Below, piece by piece: positions 38,722 through 51,765 of a stretch of 64,000 nt of DNA. The position numbers were made by a program, and so were the translations under genes. The notes below the pieces were generated by a model. That model was not told where the DNA came from and did no database searches. It saw nothing but the letters and a program-made list of their open reading frames with translations. The stretch spans positions 6,696,001 to 6,760,000 of the forward strand of contig NC_043015.1 in assembly GCF_006345805.1 (NCBI RefSeq), written 5' to 3'. This stretch comes from Octopus sinensis (Eukaryota). Within the stretch, counting starts at the first letter, position 1. The number at the start of each line of letters is the position of its first letter.

Positions 38722-40193
38722 GCATACACACACATATTAGGATGCATCTATGGGTATCACAATCATAGATCTTGCATTACTAAAGCCATTCACATTAACA
38801 CACACAGACACAGTTATGTATAACGTATGTGTGTGTGAGCATGCGCACGCGTGTTTTTATTCGTGTGCGTATGAAGTTGCGGATAAATGTGCCATTGTAA
38901 ATCTATTTATTAAAATATACTGCGCACAATGAAACTAATATATAGGTTGATAAATAACCTTTCAAATATATAAGCACCATACGGACAGAATGCATACTAA
39001 TCTCTGCCTATGCGAGGGAGAAGTACCAGCCAAAACTTGATAAATTCTCTTTAGCAGATAACCTAAAGACCTTAGGAATCGTTTGAATATAGCCTTCACT
39101 TACTTCCTTCAACTCTCACTACTTCTTAAAGTTGTTAATATGTTGCTAGTATAACGATTGTTTATTAGGTGAAATGTTCGTATTCTGGATCACGCGTTTT
39201 GGTTTTATATGGCTCGTCTGTTGTTCCATAGTTCAAATCACTTCCGTTTCTCGCTTGATGTTTCCTCTTTCTGTGCTCTATAGCTTACATATTAAATACT
39301 TCTGCCCCTCATTTATAACTTCATGGTATGAGATCCTAACGATTTTACAAATCTGTATGCTGCTCTAGACTTCGTGTTAATTTTTTATTATTATTATTAT
39401 TATTATTGACCCATTCCTTTTTGAAAAGACTTACACCTTCGTGGGTCAAAAATATATGAGCAGCCGTATTGCAGTTATGGACATCTTGTATATTTAGTTG
39501 TAATCAGATTTCATAGTTTCTCTGTCGTTAGAACAAATCCATTTTCCTAAGCAATTTTTCTCACGTATCTTCTTTCATTCTCATAAAAATCTTACTCCAT
39601 ATAGCTCGGTATACAATGAAATAGTGAGATAATCTCCCTTCTATATTATTATCACGGCTGGTATTACTGGATCTCTCAAAAGCCAATGCTTTCTAGTATA
39701 ATATTGGTGTTGTCTGACAATCTCTTCATCAATTTGACATTTAGTTTTCTTTTTAGATATATGAAAAATGCTTGATAACCATTGCTTTCTTCAATCCGGA
39801 AGTCTCGTAGCCAACAAGTTTATTTGCTAGAGATTCAAATAGTTTACAATACTTTACGGCATTGAACAACAAATAATATCTTCCAGACTTTATTTCCCCA
39901 GGTTTCTTTAAGTTTCCTCGGGTCAAACACCAGTAAGTTTTCTGTTAGGCTCAGTTAAGCATAAGGTAATTCAATACTCGTCTGATAGCCATGCTCCAGA
40001 GTTATATTTACTCCTCAAGTAATAACATCTGAAAACCTACTGCGATTGGTATGTTCGCAATGGATATGTTGAGACTCACAAACGCGCGCGCGCGCACACA
40101 CACACACACACACATACACGCGCACACACACTCATACAAGCATACTCACAAATTTACACACACGCGAGCACAAAACACCACACACAACACTAT

Positions 40194-40225
<32 letters not shown>

Positions 40226-40294
40226 GATATATGTATATATGAATGGACATATCAATCTCTATGTATTTTCTCTTCCTTTCTCTCCCTCTCTCTC

Positions 40295-40334
<40 letters not shown>

Positions 40335-40652
40335 AAGAGGAGAGGGAGAGAGAGGCGCGAGAGAGGGAATGAGAGGTAGTCTTGTCAGTAAGACCCAAAA
40401 GTGTCAGGTAATGCTGAGTAAGTGCTATAGATGAAATAGCTGTAAGACATTCTATTTATAAATGTTCTAAAATCTTCACAGGCTTGGTTTTTTTATCTCA
40501 TTCTGAAAAAAAATATATAGATATACACATATATATTATATATATATATATATATATATTACATACATACACACACAGACATACACAACCACAACAAACA
40601 CAAACACACCACACATATTATATATATATATATATATATCACATACATACAT

Positions 40653-40698
<46 letters not shown>

Positions 40699-40910
40699 TT
40701 ACATATATATATATATTTAGATATTACATATATGTATATATGTTTATATATACATATATCTTTATATATATACATACTTAAATGTATGTTTATATCTATA
40801 TTTACATACATATATAAATATATATATATATATATATAATATACATACTTAAATGTATGTTTATATCTTATATTTACATACATATATAAATATATATATA
40901 ATATATATAT

Positions 40911-40914
<4 letters not shown>

Positions 40915-40971
<57 letters not shown>

Positions 40972-41015
40972 AAGGTAGATAGATAGGTAGATAGGTAGAT
41001 AGATATGTAGATAGT

Positions 41016-41063
<48 letters not shown>

Positions 41064-41093
41064 CAGACAGATAGATAGATAAATAGATAGATA
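40915..41093. repeat. (GATA)n microsatellite
   Basis: direct reading. Confidence 0.95.
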
Positions 41094-43796
41094 TCTTAAT
41101 CAGTGTATAACAAACAACTGCTTGTTAACTTTTTCGAGCTTCAAAAATAGTTCGATAAATTACGAATCTTCTTTTGTTTGATTGATGTGGAGTTTGCTGC
41201 AATCAACTCTTTGTACGTTACTCCAGTTGTATTTTGCTTTTATACATTTTTACAGAACATGACATTAAAATGTTTCCCAAAAAAAAATACAACAGACACT
41301 TATAGCGCAATCGAGTCGATTTTCCGCACTGATTATATTATGGCAAATTTTGTCTTCTAATGTTATTGTTCATTTTGCGGTAGACATACTTATTTTACGA
41401 AATCTATGAGATAAAAATATTGATTACTAACAAATAAAGGTAGAAGGTCGCATAGTTTGGGCGATGAGGTTTATTAGATAATATCACTGCAGATAATTGA
41501 TTTTATGACTCAGCAACGACGAAAGACAACATCAAATCAGACGGGATTTTGACCTCAGAACGTCAGTTTACATAATCGGAAAGTTCGGCTTTACTAGATA
41601 CAATATTTCCTCCCAAAATCCAATCTATTCTCTACCCTCTTTACAATGTATCGTACACGCTGCAGTTTGTCTCGGGTAAAATTTCATAACTTCCCATATA
41701 TTGGTGTATTTAAGATAAATTTTCGAAGATAATTACCCATTACTTAGAGATCGACTCTTGATAGATTGTTATACTGGACAGAGATTTCTGTCTATGAAGT
41801 TTTCTGGTCTGTCGTTTTCTTCGAGTTTTTATTATAGGGCTTTACTAATCAGTATCTCACTCTTTTGTGAATACCTCCAATCTGCAACGAACTTTTACTG
41901 CCGGTGGCTAAGGAAAACAACATGGATGTTATTTCCTTTTTAGGCAAAAGGTTATACATGTTCATAGCATCGATCCGAGATTCAGACAAATTTTTTATCT
42001 TAACAACAATAACAGTTTTTAATTTCAACTTAAGAGCAATAATCTTAATGAGAATGTGTTACTCATTACCATCAATGACCAACTACACTGGTGTTTCAGT
42101 TAAATGACCACGAATTAATGAAAGGCAAATTTGATATCGGCGGGATGCTAATGTAGAACGTAAGAAACCGGAAAAATATGGAAGATATTGAATCCGATGC
42201 TCCAACCCTTCTGTCAACTTTTCAGAGGACAAAATTTTGGCTGTTTCAATTAAAAAGTTTGTTTGCAGAAAAATCCCTGCGTCGTAACTAACATGTTATC
42301 TTTGTACAATTTCTGATAAATAATTCAGCCACAATTATTATATTTAATAATAAGCGTTAATGATAATTCTTACCAAAAATATAACGGGCGTAATCGTAAT
42401 TAATTTCAACGGAAAAGGAAGCAATACAGTAGATAAACATAATTATATTGCGAAAATATTGTAAACTGCAAAGTTTATTAGTAACCTATAGATGTTTATA
42501 TACCTTTCACTATATTTCTAGATGGCTTTAAAGTTGCGAAGATAAACAGAAAGCAATTTAAAATATAAAATGAAATATGTATTTAAAGTGAAAATTCTAA
42601 ATTAAAGATTGCTTTATTGGCTCTAGCATTGTTTGTGATAGCCTATCATAGATATGGCAACAATATATCACTCATAAATTTTCACTTTAAATCCTGTAAA
42701 TAAATGGAGAGAAAGGGTATAATCTCAGATCAAAGATAAATTCAGAGAAAATGATGTGAAGAAAAATTGTAATATTGAAGGCTGCAGAAAATATATCTCA
42801 CGTAAGTAAATGAAGTAGACAAACAGTTAAGCGGATGTATGCACTTTTATATTCAGAGGAATCAGAACGAGAGAGAATGATAGTTTCAGTTAGAAAAAAA
42901 CAAAAATGGAAGACGTTTTCTAAGAGATGATAGGGGTTTCGAAAGGTCAGAGATAAATGAAGAGGGAAAGAGTGTCAAGAGTTCAGTATGAGGGTTTAGT
43001 AGATAGATGAATAACAGTAGATATAAGAAAACGACTGCGAACAAATTAGAAAGATGGTGGAGAAAGATTGAGTGGTAATGCACAAGTGGTAAAGATGAAG
43101 AAAATAAGATCATATAAGGAAGAAAGTGATGTGAGGGCGACAGAAAAAGATGGCGAGTAAATGATGGTGTACAAAGAAAAAAAAAGGTTAATAGAAAAAT
43201 ATATTAAGGAAGGAAAACGAAAGTCAAAAGTTCCAAGTTGACAAGATTAAAAGAACTGTTTGAAGGAGAGAAAGACTTGTAGCGAGGTGAGGAGACAATT
43301 ATGATACGAGGAGAAAAATAAAATCTGTGTAAAGTAGTGAAAGTACAACATACCAAGTAAAAGAAAGGTAGAGAGTGCGTGAGAGGGAGCGAGAGAGTGT
43401 ATAAAGAACCGGAAGTTAAAAAGCTGCGAAAAAAAAGAAGATAAAAAGAACAGAACGATACTTGAGGTAAATTTCATTTTATGACAAGAAGCCGTGTCGA
43501 TGTAACGATAAAATATTTAACGTTAAATTAGAAATGTGAAAGCAGCCATTTTGACTTAGGTAGAATGAAAAGATACTAAAGTGTTCTCTTTGATCTTTCA
43601 GGCAACCGCGAACTTCCTTGCGTTTTATTTTACAATGTATTTTTATTGCATACACATACACTGCCTCACACACATATATATGTACAAATACTAATATATA
43701 TATACATACATACATACATACATACATACACATATATATAAATATACATATATATATATACTCAAACACACACATATATATGAATATGTTTGCACC

Positions 43797-43839
<43 letters not shown>

Positions 43840-43950
43840 GCTTTTCTAAATATTTGTACATATATATGTATATATACTTATATGTTTGCGTGAGTGTATG
43901 TAATTCTATAGACTTGTATAATACTATATACATAACTGCACATAGAGATC

Positions 43951-43993
<43 letters not shown>

Positions 43994-44060
43994 TATATAC
44001 ATACATACATACATGCATGCATGCAAATATGAATGTGTGTTCGCGTATGTGCGTGCCACG

Positions 44061-44099
<39 letters not shown>

Positions 44100-44484
44100 G
44101 CATGTGACACTACTGAAGAGAAATTCATGCGTATGCCTGTATCTCTCTTTAGTAGTGTCTCATTTAGTGCATTTCCTCTGTATTGTATACAACGATTATG
44201 GTGTTTGAAAAAATTACATATACCTGTGGAAAAACACGCAAAAACACACTCTTGCGTATGCACATATTTCTCTATATTGCGAATAGCTTATCTCTTTGAG
44301 ACATGTATTGAAAGCAAGGTTCTGCTCCACTTTAAATGTTTTTCTGATATTCTTTCTTTTCTCTTTTAGATACTCTTTGCCTTTTGATATTTTGTGCTCA
44401 AATTTTAACATACTTTGATTTCTTTTTTCTGTTGTTTTCTTCTTCAACATCATCATCACCTTCTTTTTCTTCTTCTACTCCTCA

Positions 44485-44538
44485 TTGTTATTATTATTGT
44501 TGTTATTATTATTATTATTATTATTATTGTTATTATTA

Positions 44539-44570
<32 letters not shown>
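44485..44570. repeat. (TTA/TTG)n microsatellite
   Basis: direct reading. Confidence 0.95.
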
Positions 44571-45429
44571 GCAAGAGTAAATTTCCAATACCCTACTTCT
44601 ACATATGACTGTCCTCGTTTTCCCGTATACAAGATACGGCGTATCTGTCCCCTTGTTTTTATAGACAGGTAACACATTAGCCAAGTATACGCTGTCTGTG
44701 TTTCTTTTAGTGTAGAACGCTGTTACAAATTGTGGTGAGATAACATATTACCCAACACGGTATAATGAGATAACCTTGTTGATATTTATTGCTGCAGATA
44801 CTATGTATCGTTTCAGCATGAGCTAATCGATTGCGGATTGTGAGTGGTAGCATAATCAATAATTGAGTATCATTATTGGGGAACTTGGAAACAAAAGGAT
44901 GTTATGACAATACGAAAAGTGAAAAGCAAGTTGACACCGTTGTGTCTCAAAAAGGACAAAGATTACAGCGTAGAAACGGAGATATGGTATATTCAGGAGA
45001 CAGATAATGGAATGCTTCTAATTAGCAGATTAAGCAAGCTAAAGAGGGTCCTGAATTGTAAAAGGCTGATAGATTTAAGTGAGACGCAGGCTCAGCAATA
45101 CATTTTGCAGAGGTGGGCCAACATTTTTCATATATTTCCGTATCAAAGCAGAAAAATATTTTCTTTTCATGTGGTTAAGATGTTGCGGGTTTTCAAAACT
45201 TACATCAGAAAAGATTGTGATGCAGAATTGTTTATACTCTTTATAGTGTGCGTTCCTCTGCTCCCAGCCGCGAAGTCTTTGGCTTTCATCGTTTCGAGAT
45301 CGATAAAGTATATAGCCTATCATGTTTGTAGAATATAATCATATTCGGATACAGCTTCATAAAAATAGATTAATACGGAGAATATTTTAGATCAAAATAG
45401 AAAAAATACAAAGGTTTACATTTATCTGT

Positions 45430-45545
45430 AACATGTTTCAGTCATTAGAATGCGGCCATGCTGGAGCACCGTCTCAAAGAATTTTTAATCGAATGGATTG
45501 ATCCCAGCATTTATTTTCTGAAATCCTTGTACTTGTTCTATCCCT
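45430..45545 (-). mobile_element. SINE family A-like 3' fragment
   Basis: TGTTTCAGTCATTAGAATGCGGCCATGCTGGAGCACCG. Confidence 0.7.
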
Positions 45546-46534
45546 CTAACTAGCCGAAATTCTATACAAGACCGAAATCTATACAAAACCTCGTGTATTA
45601 CATGACGTATGACGTTTGCCACTATATAGCGTATCTTTTTGGTGGTTGCTTAGAGATTTCTAATCTGTCATATGTCCGTTGTTTCGTAATACTCACCACT
45701 TTCTCGCTTCTAACATCCCCTCCTATTCTTTCAGCTTCATTTAACGTCTATAACACTGCATTCCATCAAAACATTGCCCGTTGTTTTGAAATTCATGCAA
45801 TATGATAAGGACATTATTCAGTTCAAATTTTTAACTATTCGAACAAGAACCTTAAAACAGTATACCAGGACTTGGTTATTAGTAATCTTTGATCCTATCT
45901 CTCATCGGCTAACGTTTTATGCATTTGTGTCGTAGATTTTAAACACTAATGGACATTTATATATTATACAATGAAACAAACACAATCATATGCATCTAAG
46001 TAATAAATGATACGTTTACATGTATATTTCCCAGTGGGCTTGCTAAGGTCATCTTTGGAAGTATTCTTTTGTCGATCATATGGATTCACTTACGTATTAG
46101 TATTGGCAAATCCACTGAGTTGCAATTTAGGAGAAAATGCACCTCGGTCATCGAAGGGAATGCATAGAATATCGAAATGCAGATGGGCAATTAACTGTGT
46201 CATATACACATATATACACAAACATATCTATATATAAATACATAAATAACTTGCCATATACTTACTTGCACAGCCTAATAGAATTTAAGTATTTTAATAA
46301 TGGCACCGAAGTAAAGTCGCGGGTCAACAGTGTGTAGGGACACTCGCGTACTTACTAGAGTATATGCAGACTTGTCCTTCCCCTTAAAAACACATCAAAA
46401 TATGCAGGTTAAATGCACTGAGCGTATATGTAAACTCCAACGTGCAGTACACGGCACGCTGTTTGGCTCAAGGTCTAACCAGGGAAGTTTCAAAGTATGG
46501 TGTAGTATAAATAATAACAAAAAATGGCTTGCGC

Positions 46535-46678
46535 TCGCTACAGCTGTTTCCAACGTGATTTTTTATTGGTGAACAAGGTAATTACATCATGTAATTCAAC
46601 TCAAGAAAAAACGTTATTCTTACATCATGTAACTGGTTTGTTCATCAATAAAGAACACGTCTGAAACAGCTGTTGTGA
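46535..46678. repeat. long imperfect inverted repeat (arms 46540-46594 / 46620-46673, 25 nt loop)
   Basis: ACAGCTGTTTC-CA-ACGTG...TTATTGGTGAACAA...TTACATCATGTAA pairs with TTACATCATGTAA...TTGTTCATCAATAA...CACGT-CT-GAAACAGCTGT. Confidence 0.9.
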
Positions 46679-47545
46679 AGATCATAACTAATTTGTGTTA
46701 TTCAACTTTCCATATATGTTTGTCATGTACGTTATATGTGTGTTTATAAATGTCCGTGTAAATGTGTGTGCGCGCGGCGCCATTCTATAAATGGTTTTAA
46801 GAAGAGAATGCTAGTAATTGGAAACATAAATAAATGCATAGCTGTTTTTACACTATATTTTCAGTGTCTTTCTACCATGAATTTCTCTCTCTGTATCACT
46901 CTTTCACTCGCTCTATACCTCAAGCTGTTTGTACCCCATAGTCGATTATAACCTCATGGTTAGACAACTTACCAAAAGGTTATGGGCTTCTTTATTAGTT
47001 GCTGGAAAAATATCAAACGATGTACGTACAATTTTATTGCGAATTTTCTAGAGCAATATCCGAGCGCGGCTATATAATATTGTTTATAATCATAATTCTT
47101 TGTTTGTCACTTTTTGCTTCGTTCATGTTTCAGTTTTCGTTTTTAATTTAAAATATGTTTTCGAGAATGCCCTATTTCTTTCATAATCCTTGCATTTTTT
47201 GCTCTTTATTGCACCTATATAGTAATACACAAATTTGATACACACGCTTACATACACACGCAAAGACATATAGTGTGTGTGTGTGTGTATGTGCGTGTGT
47301 GTGAGTGAGAGAGAGAGAGGGAGAGAGGGGGATAGTGAGTGTATGTGAACTATCATACTATAAAAGCAAGAAGGAGAGTTTTTCAATTTATTTTAACTTA
47401 TTGAACATAAAATTTGAATAAAGTGAAAATATAGTTTTCGCAGTAATGTATATAGCAAGTTATAATACAATCTCTGCATATGTATAAATTTTATTTAGAT
47501 TTTTTTAAAATTGTTTATCACTCACACCACTTCTCATCTCACCCA

Positions 47546-47582
<37 letters not shown>

Positions 47583-49225
47583 CTTCTCTGTATATATGTA
47601 TATATATATATATGCACTCACACAACCACAACTACACACACATACTCAGACATACCTATGATCATAGCAACAGAGGCGTACCTGCTCTTTTTGCTTCGTT
47701 TCTATGATTTTCCCTCTCTCACTCTGTGGTGTTTGGCATTCTTTTATTCGTTGCATTCCACCCATCGCTCATCCTGCACGTATCTTAATTGTCTTTGTAT
47801 CTCTCTTTCACTTTTTACTTCTTCTCTTGATGCTTTGTAGTGTAAAGCGAGACTCGAGAAACCAGTCAACCAAACAACTTCCATATATATATATAGGGCG
47901 GATGCATAAGTGTGTGTGGCTATTATTATATAGAGATTTTTGTAATTAACATTTTAAATTATACTCTTTCACGTAAAAAGTTTTGAAATGTCTGAGGATA
48001 TAAAACTGATCTGGCCTTTTCACAGAAATTATTATGAAACACTATGAAAAATGTATACAAAAGTCTTAATCAAGAGATTCCAGGTCAATAACATATAGGT
48101 TATTGCCAACAGTTTCAAGCTTATTCTACAAATTTCATTCAATTATAGTGCCTCCTTCATCGTTTACCTTTGGTTTCCAAGTAGATCTTAATGAACTTGA
48201 TGAGACGTTGGCTGAAATAGGAAAGTGATTATCTCTCTCCTTCTTTTCTTTCAGCCTCGTTCCTTATGAAATCTCGCCGTGGGCTTCAGAGAGAGGAAAG
48301 TTACATACCATCCCAAAATGAAAAAGGAGCACTTTGTAATCCTTAAAATTCCTATAGCACATATATTCTGTTCGGAATATAATTTCATCGACTTGAATAT
48401 AACAGCGCAAGAGTTACAGTAGATTCTTCATTTCCAGTCAGTTCTATATTTAAGCCCTTGTAACATCAACTACCACCTGTGTCAATGTCAAAGATTAATA
48501 TATATATTCCCATTTATCTGGTGCAAGATATTTGGTCTTTAAATTCAGTAGGTTGCTTACAACGTATTGAATAGTCCCGTAAGCAATATTATAATTAAAA
48601 CATGGTCTTGGTTTCTACTAATTGAATATAGAAACAAAAAAAAGTTTGAACAGGGTGAGATATGTCAGTCATTTCAACTCAACAACAGCCGTTGAATGTC
48701 GATCGAATTTAAAACCAGGAAATGATATAAATTTCCTGAGAAATATAGACTGGAACTAAACTACGTAATATAAATAGAACAGCCGATTTGCGCGAACCCG
48801 CTTCAAACGTTCGTTTGTGAAACAATATATTTCAGAGTTTTAAATCAACAAAATCTTACTTTGGAGAATTGTACCTAATACTTTAAAATAATTTATGGTC
48901 ATTAATATTGTGATAAATTTATTCACTTTTCCTTTTCTTTTATTTTTCATCCGCTACAAATTTCTATATATAAATCAGTAGAGAAACATTGATATCAAAT
49001 TATTGATACCGATGTAAATGAGCAATGTAATTAAATGTTATTACTAAGGGACAGCAATAGTGAAATTATATTTCCTAACTCAATTATAATGTTACTATAT
49101 TAGTACCATAGATGCATTGAATTCAAAATATTTTGCAGAGCGCTCTGAGTACTTAAACGTATAGATATGTCGTATAGATATGCTACCGATTGGGGAGTAA
49201 ACCTATATATATATATATATATATA

Positions 49226-49269
49226 TATCAACCAATCTATCTATCTAAATATCTATCTATCTATCTCAA

Positions 49270-49302
<33 letters not shown>

Positions 49303-49507
49303 CTATCTATCTATCTATCTATCTATCTATCCATCTATCTATCAACCAATCTATTTATCTGTCTATCTATCTATCTATCTATCTATCTATATATCTATCA
49401 ACCAATCTATTTATCTGTCTATCTATCTATCAACCAATCTATCTATCTATCTATCTATCTATCAACCAATCTATCTATCTATCTATCTATCAACCAATCT
49501 ATCTATC

Positions 49508-49553
<46 letters not shown>

Positions 49554-49556
49554 GAT
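49226..49556. repeat. (CTAT)n with CAACCAAT interruptions flipping directly into (AGAT)n
   Basis: spacerless palindrome centred on TCTAGA at 49506-49511. Confidence 0.95.
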
Positions 49557-50365
49557 ACATACATACATACATAGATACATACATATATCATACAATGTAC
49601 ATATTTTATTACATATATATATTAAAACATATACATTTAGTATCATTGAAGTATATATATATATATATTTAAATATAGATATACATACAGGTACGCGTGC
49701 GCACACATGCATACATATACACACACAAACACACGCACTCGCACGCACACACACTCACCTTCATATATATATTTATATAATGGTTTCTCTAAATATATCT
49801 GTCGATATGTCCCAAAAGACCAAGCAATATATTGTTTCTCCATTGATTTCTATGATAGGAGTATGAAAATAAAATTAACCTTTTCCGTATTTCTTCCTCG
49901 ATATTTGATAATAGAATTGACTATAATATCTCTGCAGAAGATATCACTTTCAGACACACAATTACATCAACATGTTTTTCAAGCAGATTGACAGCGGTAA
50001 AGAGAGAGAGAGAGAAGTTATACAGGTACGGCTTTGGTTACATTACTAAGGTCAATAAGTTTAATCTCGTAAACATTAATATTTGTCTTGAGTAATAAAG
50101 TAATAAATTTGTAAATGCTTAGATTGTTTCTCTGTATTCTCCGTAGTTAATTTAGCACGCAGAAAAATACCTCGGGGTCTATATTTGTAAGACTTACATA
50201 TGTGTGTGTTTACCCAACTATTTCAGAAGTAAACAATGGCATTTTCGTGTGCTTGGGGTGGGCTTGAATATATGTGTTTACTGATTGTTTATATGGGCAT
50301 GTTCCGTGCACGCTAGTGTTCAGTATCGGTGCATGAATGGCGAGTATTTGTCTTTGTGTCTATAG

Positions 50366-50700
50366 CTATGGCTCAGTCGTTAAAGCGACTGCCTCACAAT
50401 CAAGACATAGTGAGTTCGATTGCCGAACAGGTCTGTTTGTTGTGTTCTTGAAAAAGACACTTTATTTCACGTTGCTCCGGATCATTCACCTAAAGAAATG
50501 AGTTGCGACCTCACTGGAGCCAAGAGTTATTGGCTTTTTCCTTGGATAACATCGGTGGCGTTGAGTGAGGAAGCTGGTATGCATGTGTGACTGCTGGTCT
50601 TTCAGAAACTACCTTATACAGACTTGTGCTTCGGAGGGTAACTTTCTAGGTGCAGTTCTAAAGTAATTCACGATCGAAAGGGGTGGTGGTCTTTATCCTT
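50366..50700 (+). mobile_element. SINE family C
   Basis: TGGCTCAGTCGTTAAAG head, GAGTTCGATTGCC B-box; body homologous to 3408-3749 (GACTTGTGCTTCGGAGG.TAACTTTCTAGGT). Confidence 0.8.
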
Positions 50701-50756
50701 TAATATTTGAAAATGCAAATGAAGAAAATAAAGTTGTGAATTCAGCAAGTTGTTAT

Positions 50757-51117
50757 AGGCGTAGGGGTGGCTCTATGGTAAGTAGCTTTCTTACGAACCA
50801 CATAATTCCGGGTTCAGTCCCACTGCATGGCAGCTTGGGCAAGTGTCTTTTACTATAGCCTCGGGCCGACCAAAGCCTTGTGACTGCATTTGGTAGACGG
50901 AAACTGAAAGAAGCGCGTCGTATATATGTATATTTATATATGGATGCGTTGGTAACCGATGCTGGTGTGTTTAGGTTCCCGTAACTTATGGTTCGGCAAA
51001 AGCGACCTATAGAATAAGTAATAGACTTATAAAGAATAAGTCCTGGGGTCGATTTGATCGACTATAGACAATGCTCCAGCATGGCCACAGTCAGATGACA
51101 GAAACAAGTAAAAGAGT
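50757..51117 (+). mobile_element. SINE family A, full length head to tail
   Basis: AGGCGTAGGGGTGGCTCTATGGTAAG head, GGGTTCAGTCCC B-box, ...AAACAAGTAAAAGAG tail. Confidence 0.9.
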
Positions 51118-51594
51118 AGATTTCAATTAAGGAATTGGCGTATTCGGAAAATGCGTCTAATAACTATTTTCTTCTTAGATAGGACACGAGAAAGAAAAAT
51201 ATGTGGCCCGCATTGTGTATATCATAAAAGGAGACGGAGACATGCTGTCTGTTTTTCAGCTGGATTTTCATCCGTAAATCTGTTCGCAAATGACTGAGCG
51301 GGTTTTCGAATATATACCAACTTGCATGATAACAATTTCTTACACAACATCTTAAGATTTAGAGGAAACTTTTTCGCAGTTAAATTGACCATGCTACTGA
51401 TCTGATATATCACTTTATCGAGCCTGGAATGATGTACAATAGAGTTGACCTATGCGGTATTTGGACGCAGAACGAAGGGCTGCAAGGAAACTTGTCACCG
51501 ACTTATCGACAGTTCTGTCAATCAATATCCTGAATAATTGTCATAAAATTTTTAGATTTGACATTGCGCTAGTAGATTCTGAAGCGAGGAGGAA

Positions 51595-51765
51595 TTCGTT
51601 TGCATCGACCCCGAAATATTTGAATGGCTCTATTTTCAATCAGCCCCAAAGGATGAAAGACAAAGCAGACATCGGTGGAATTTGAACTCCGAACGTAAAG
51701 ACGGACCAAATGTCACTAACTACATTGAACGACGTGATAACGATTTTACCAGCTCATCGCCTTAA
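51595..51765 (-). mobile_element. SINE family B
   Basis: GGATGAAAGACAAAGCAGACATCGGTGGAATTTGAACTCC...CAGCTCATCGCCTT. Confidence 0.7.

Noticed and set aside
50757-50830. tRNA genes at SINE heads (also 3408, 36678, 56674)
   Set aside because: A/B boxes present but no complete cloverleaf, and each runs into a SINE body
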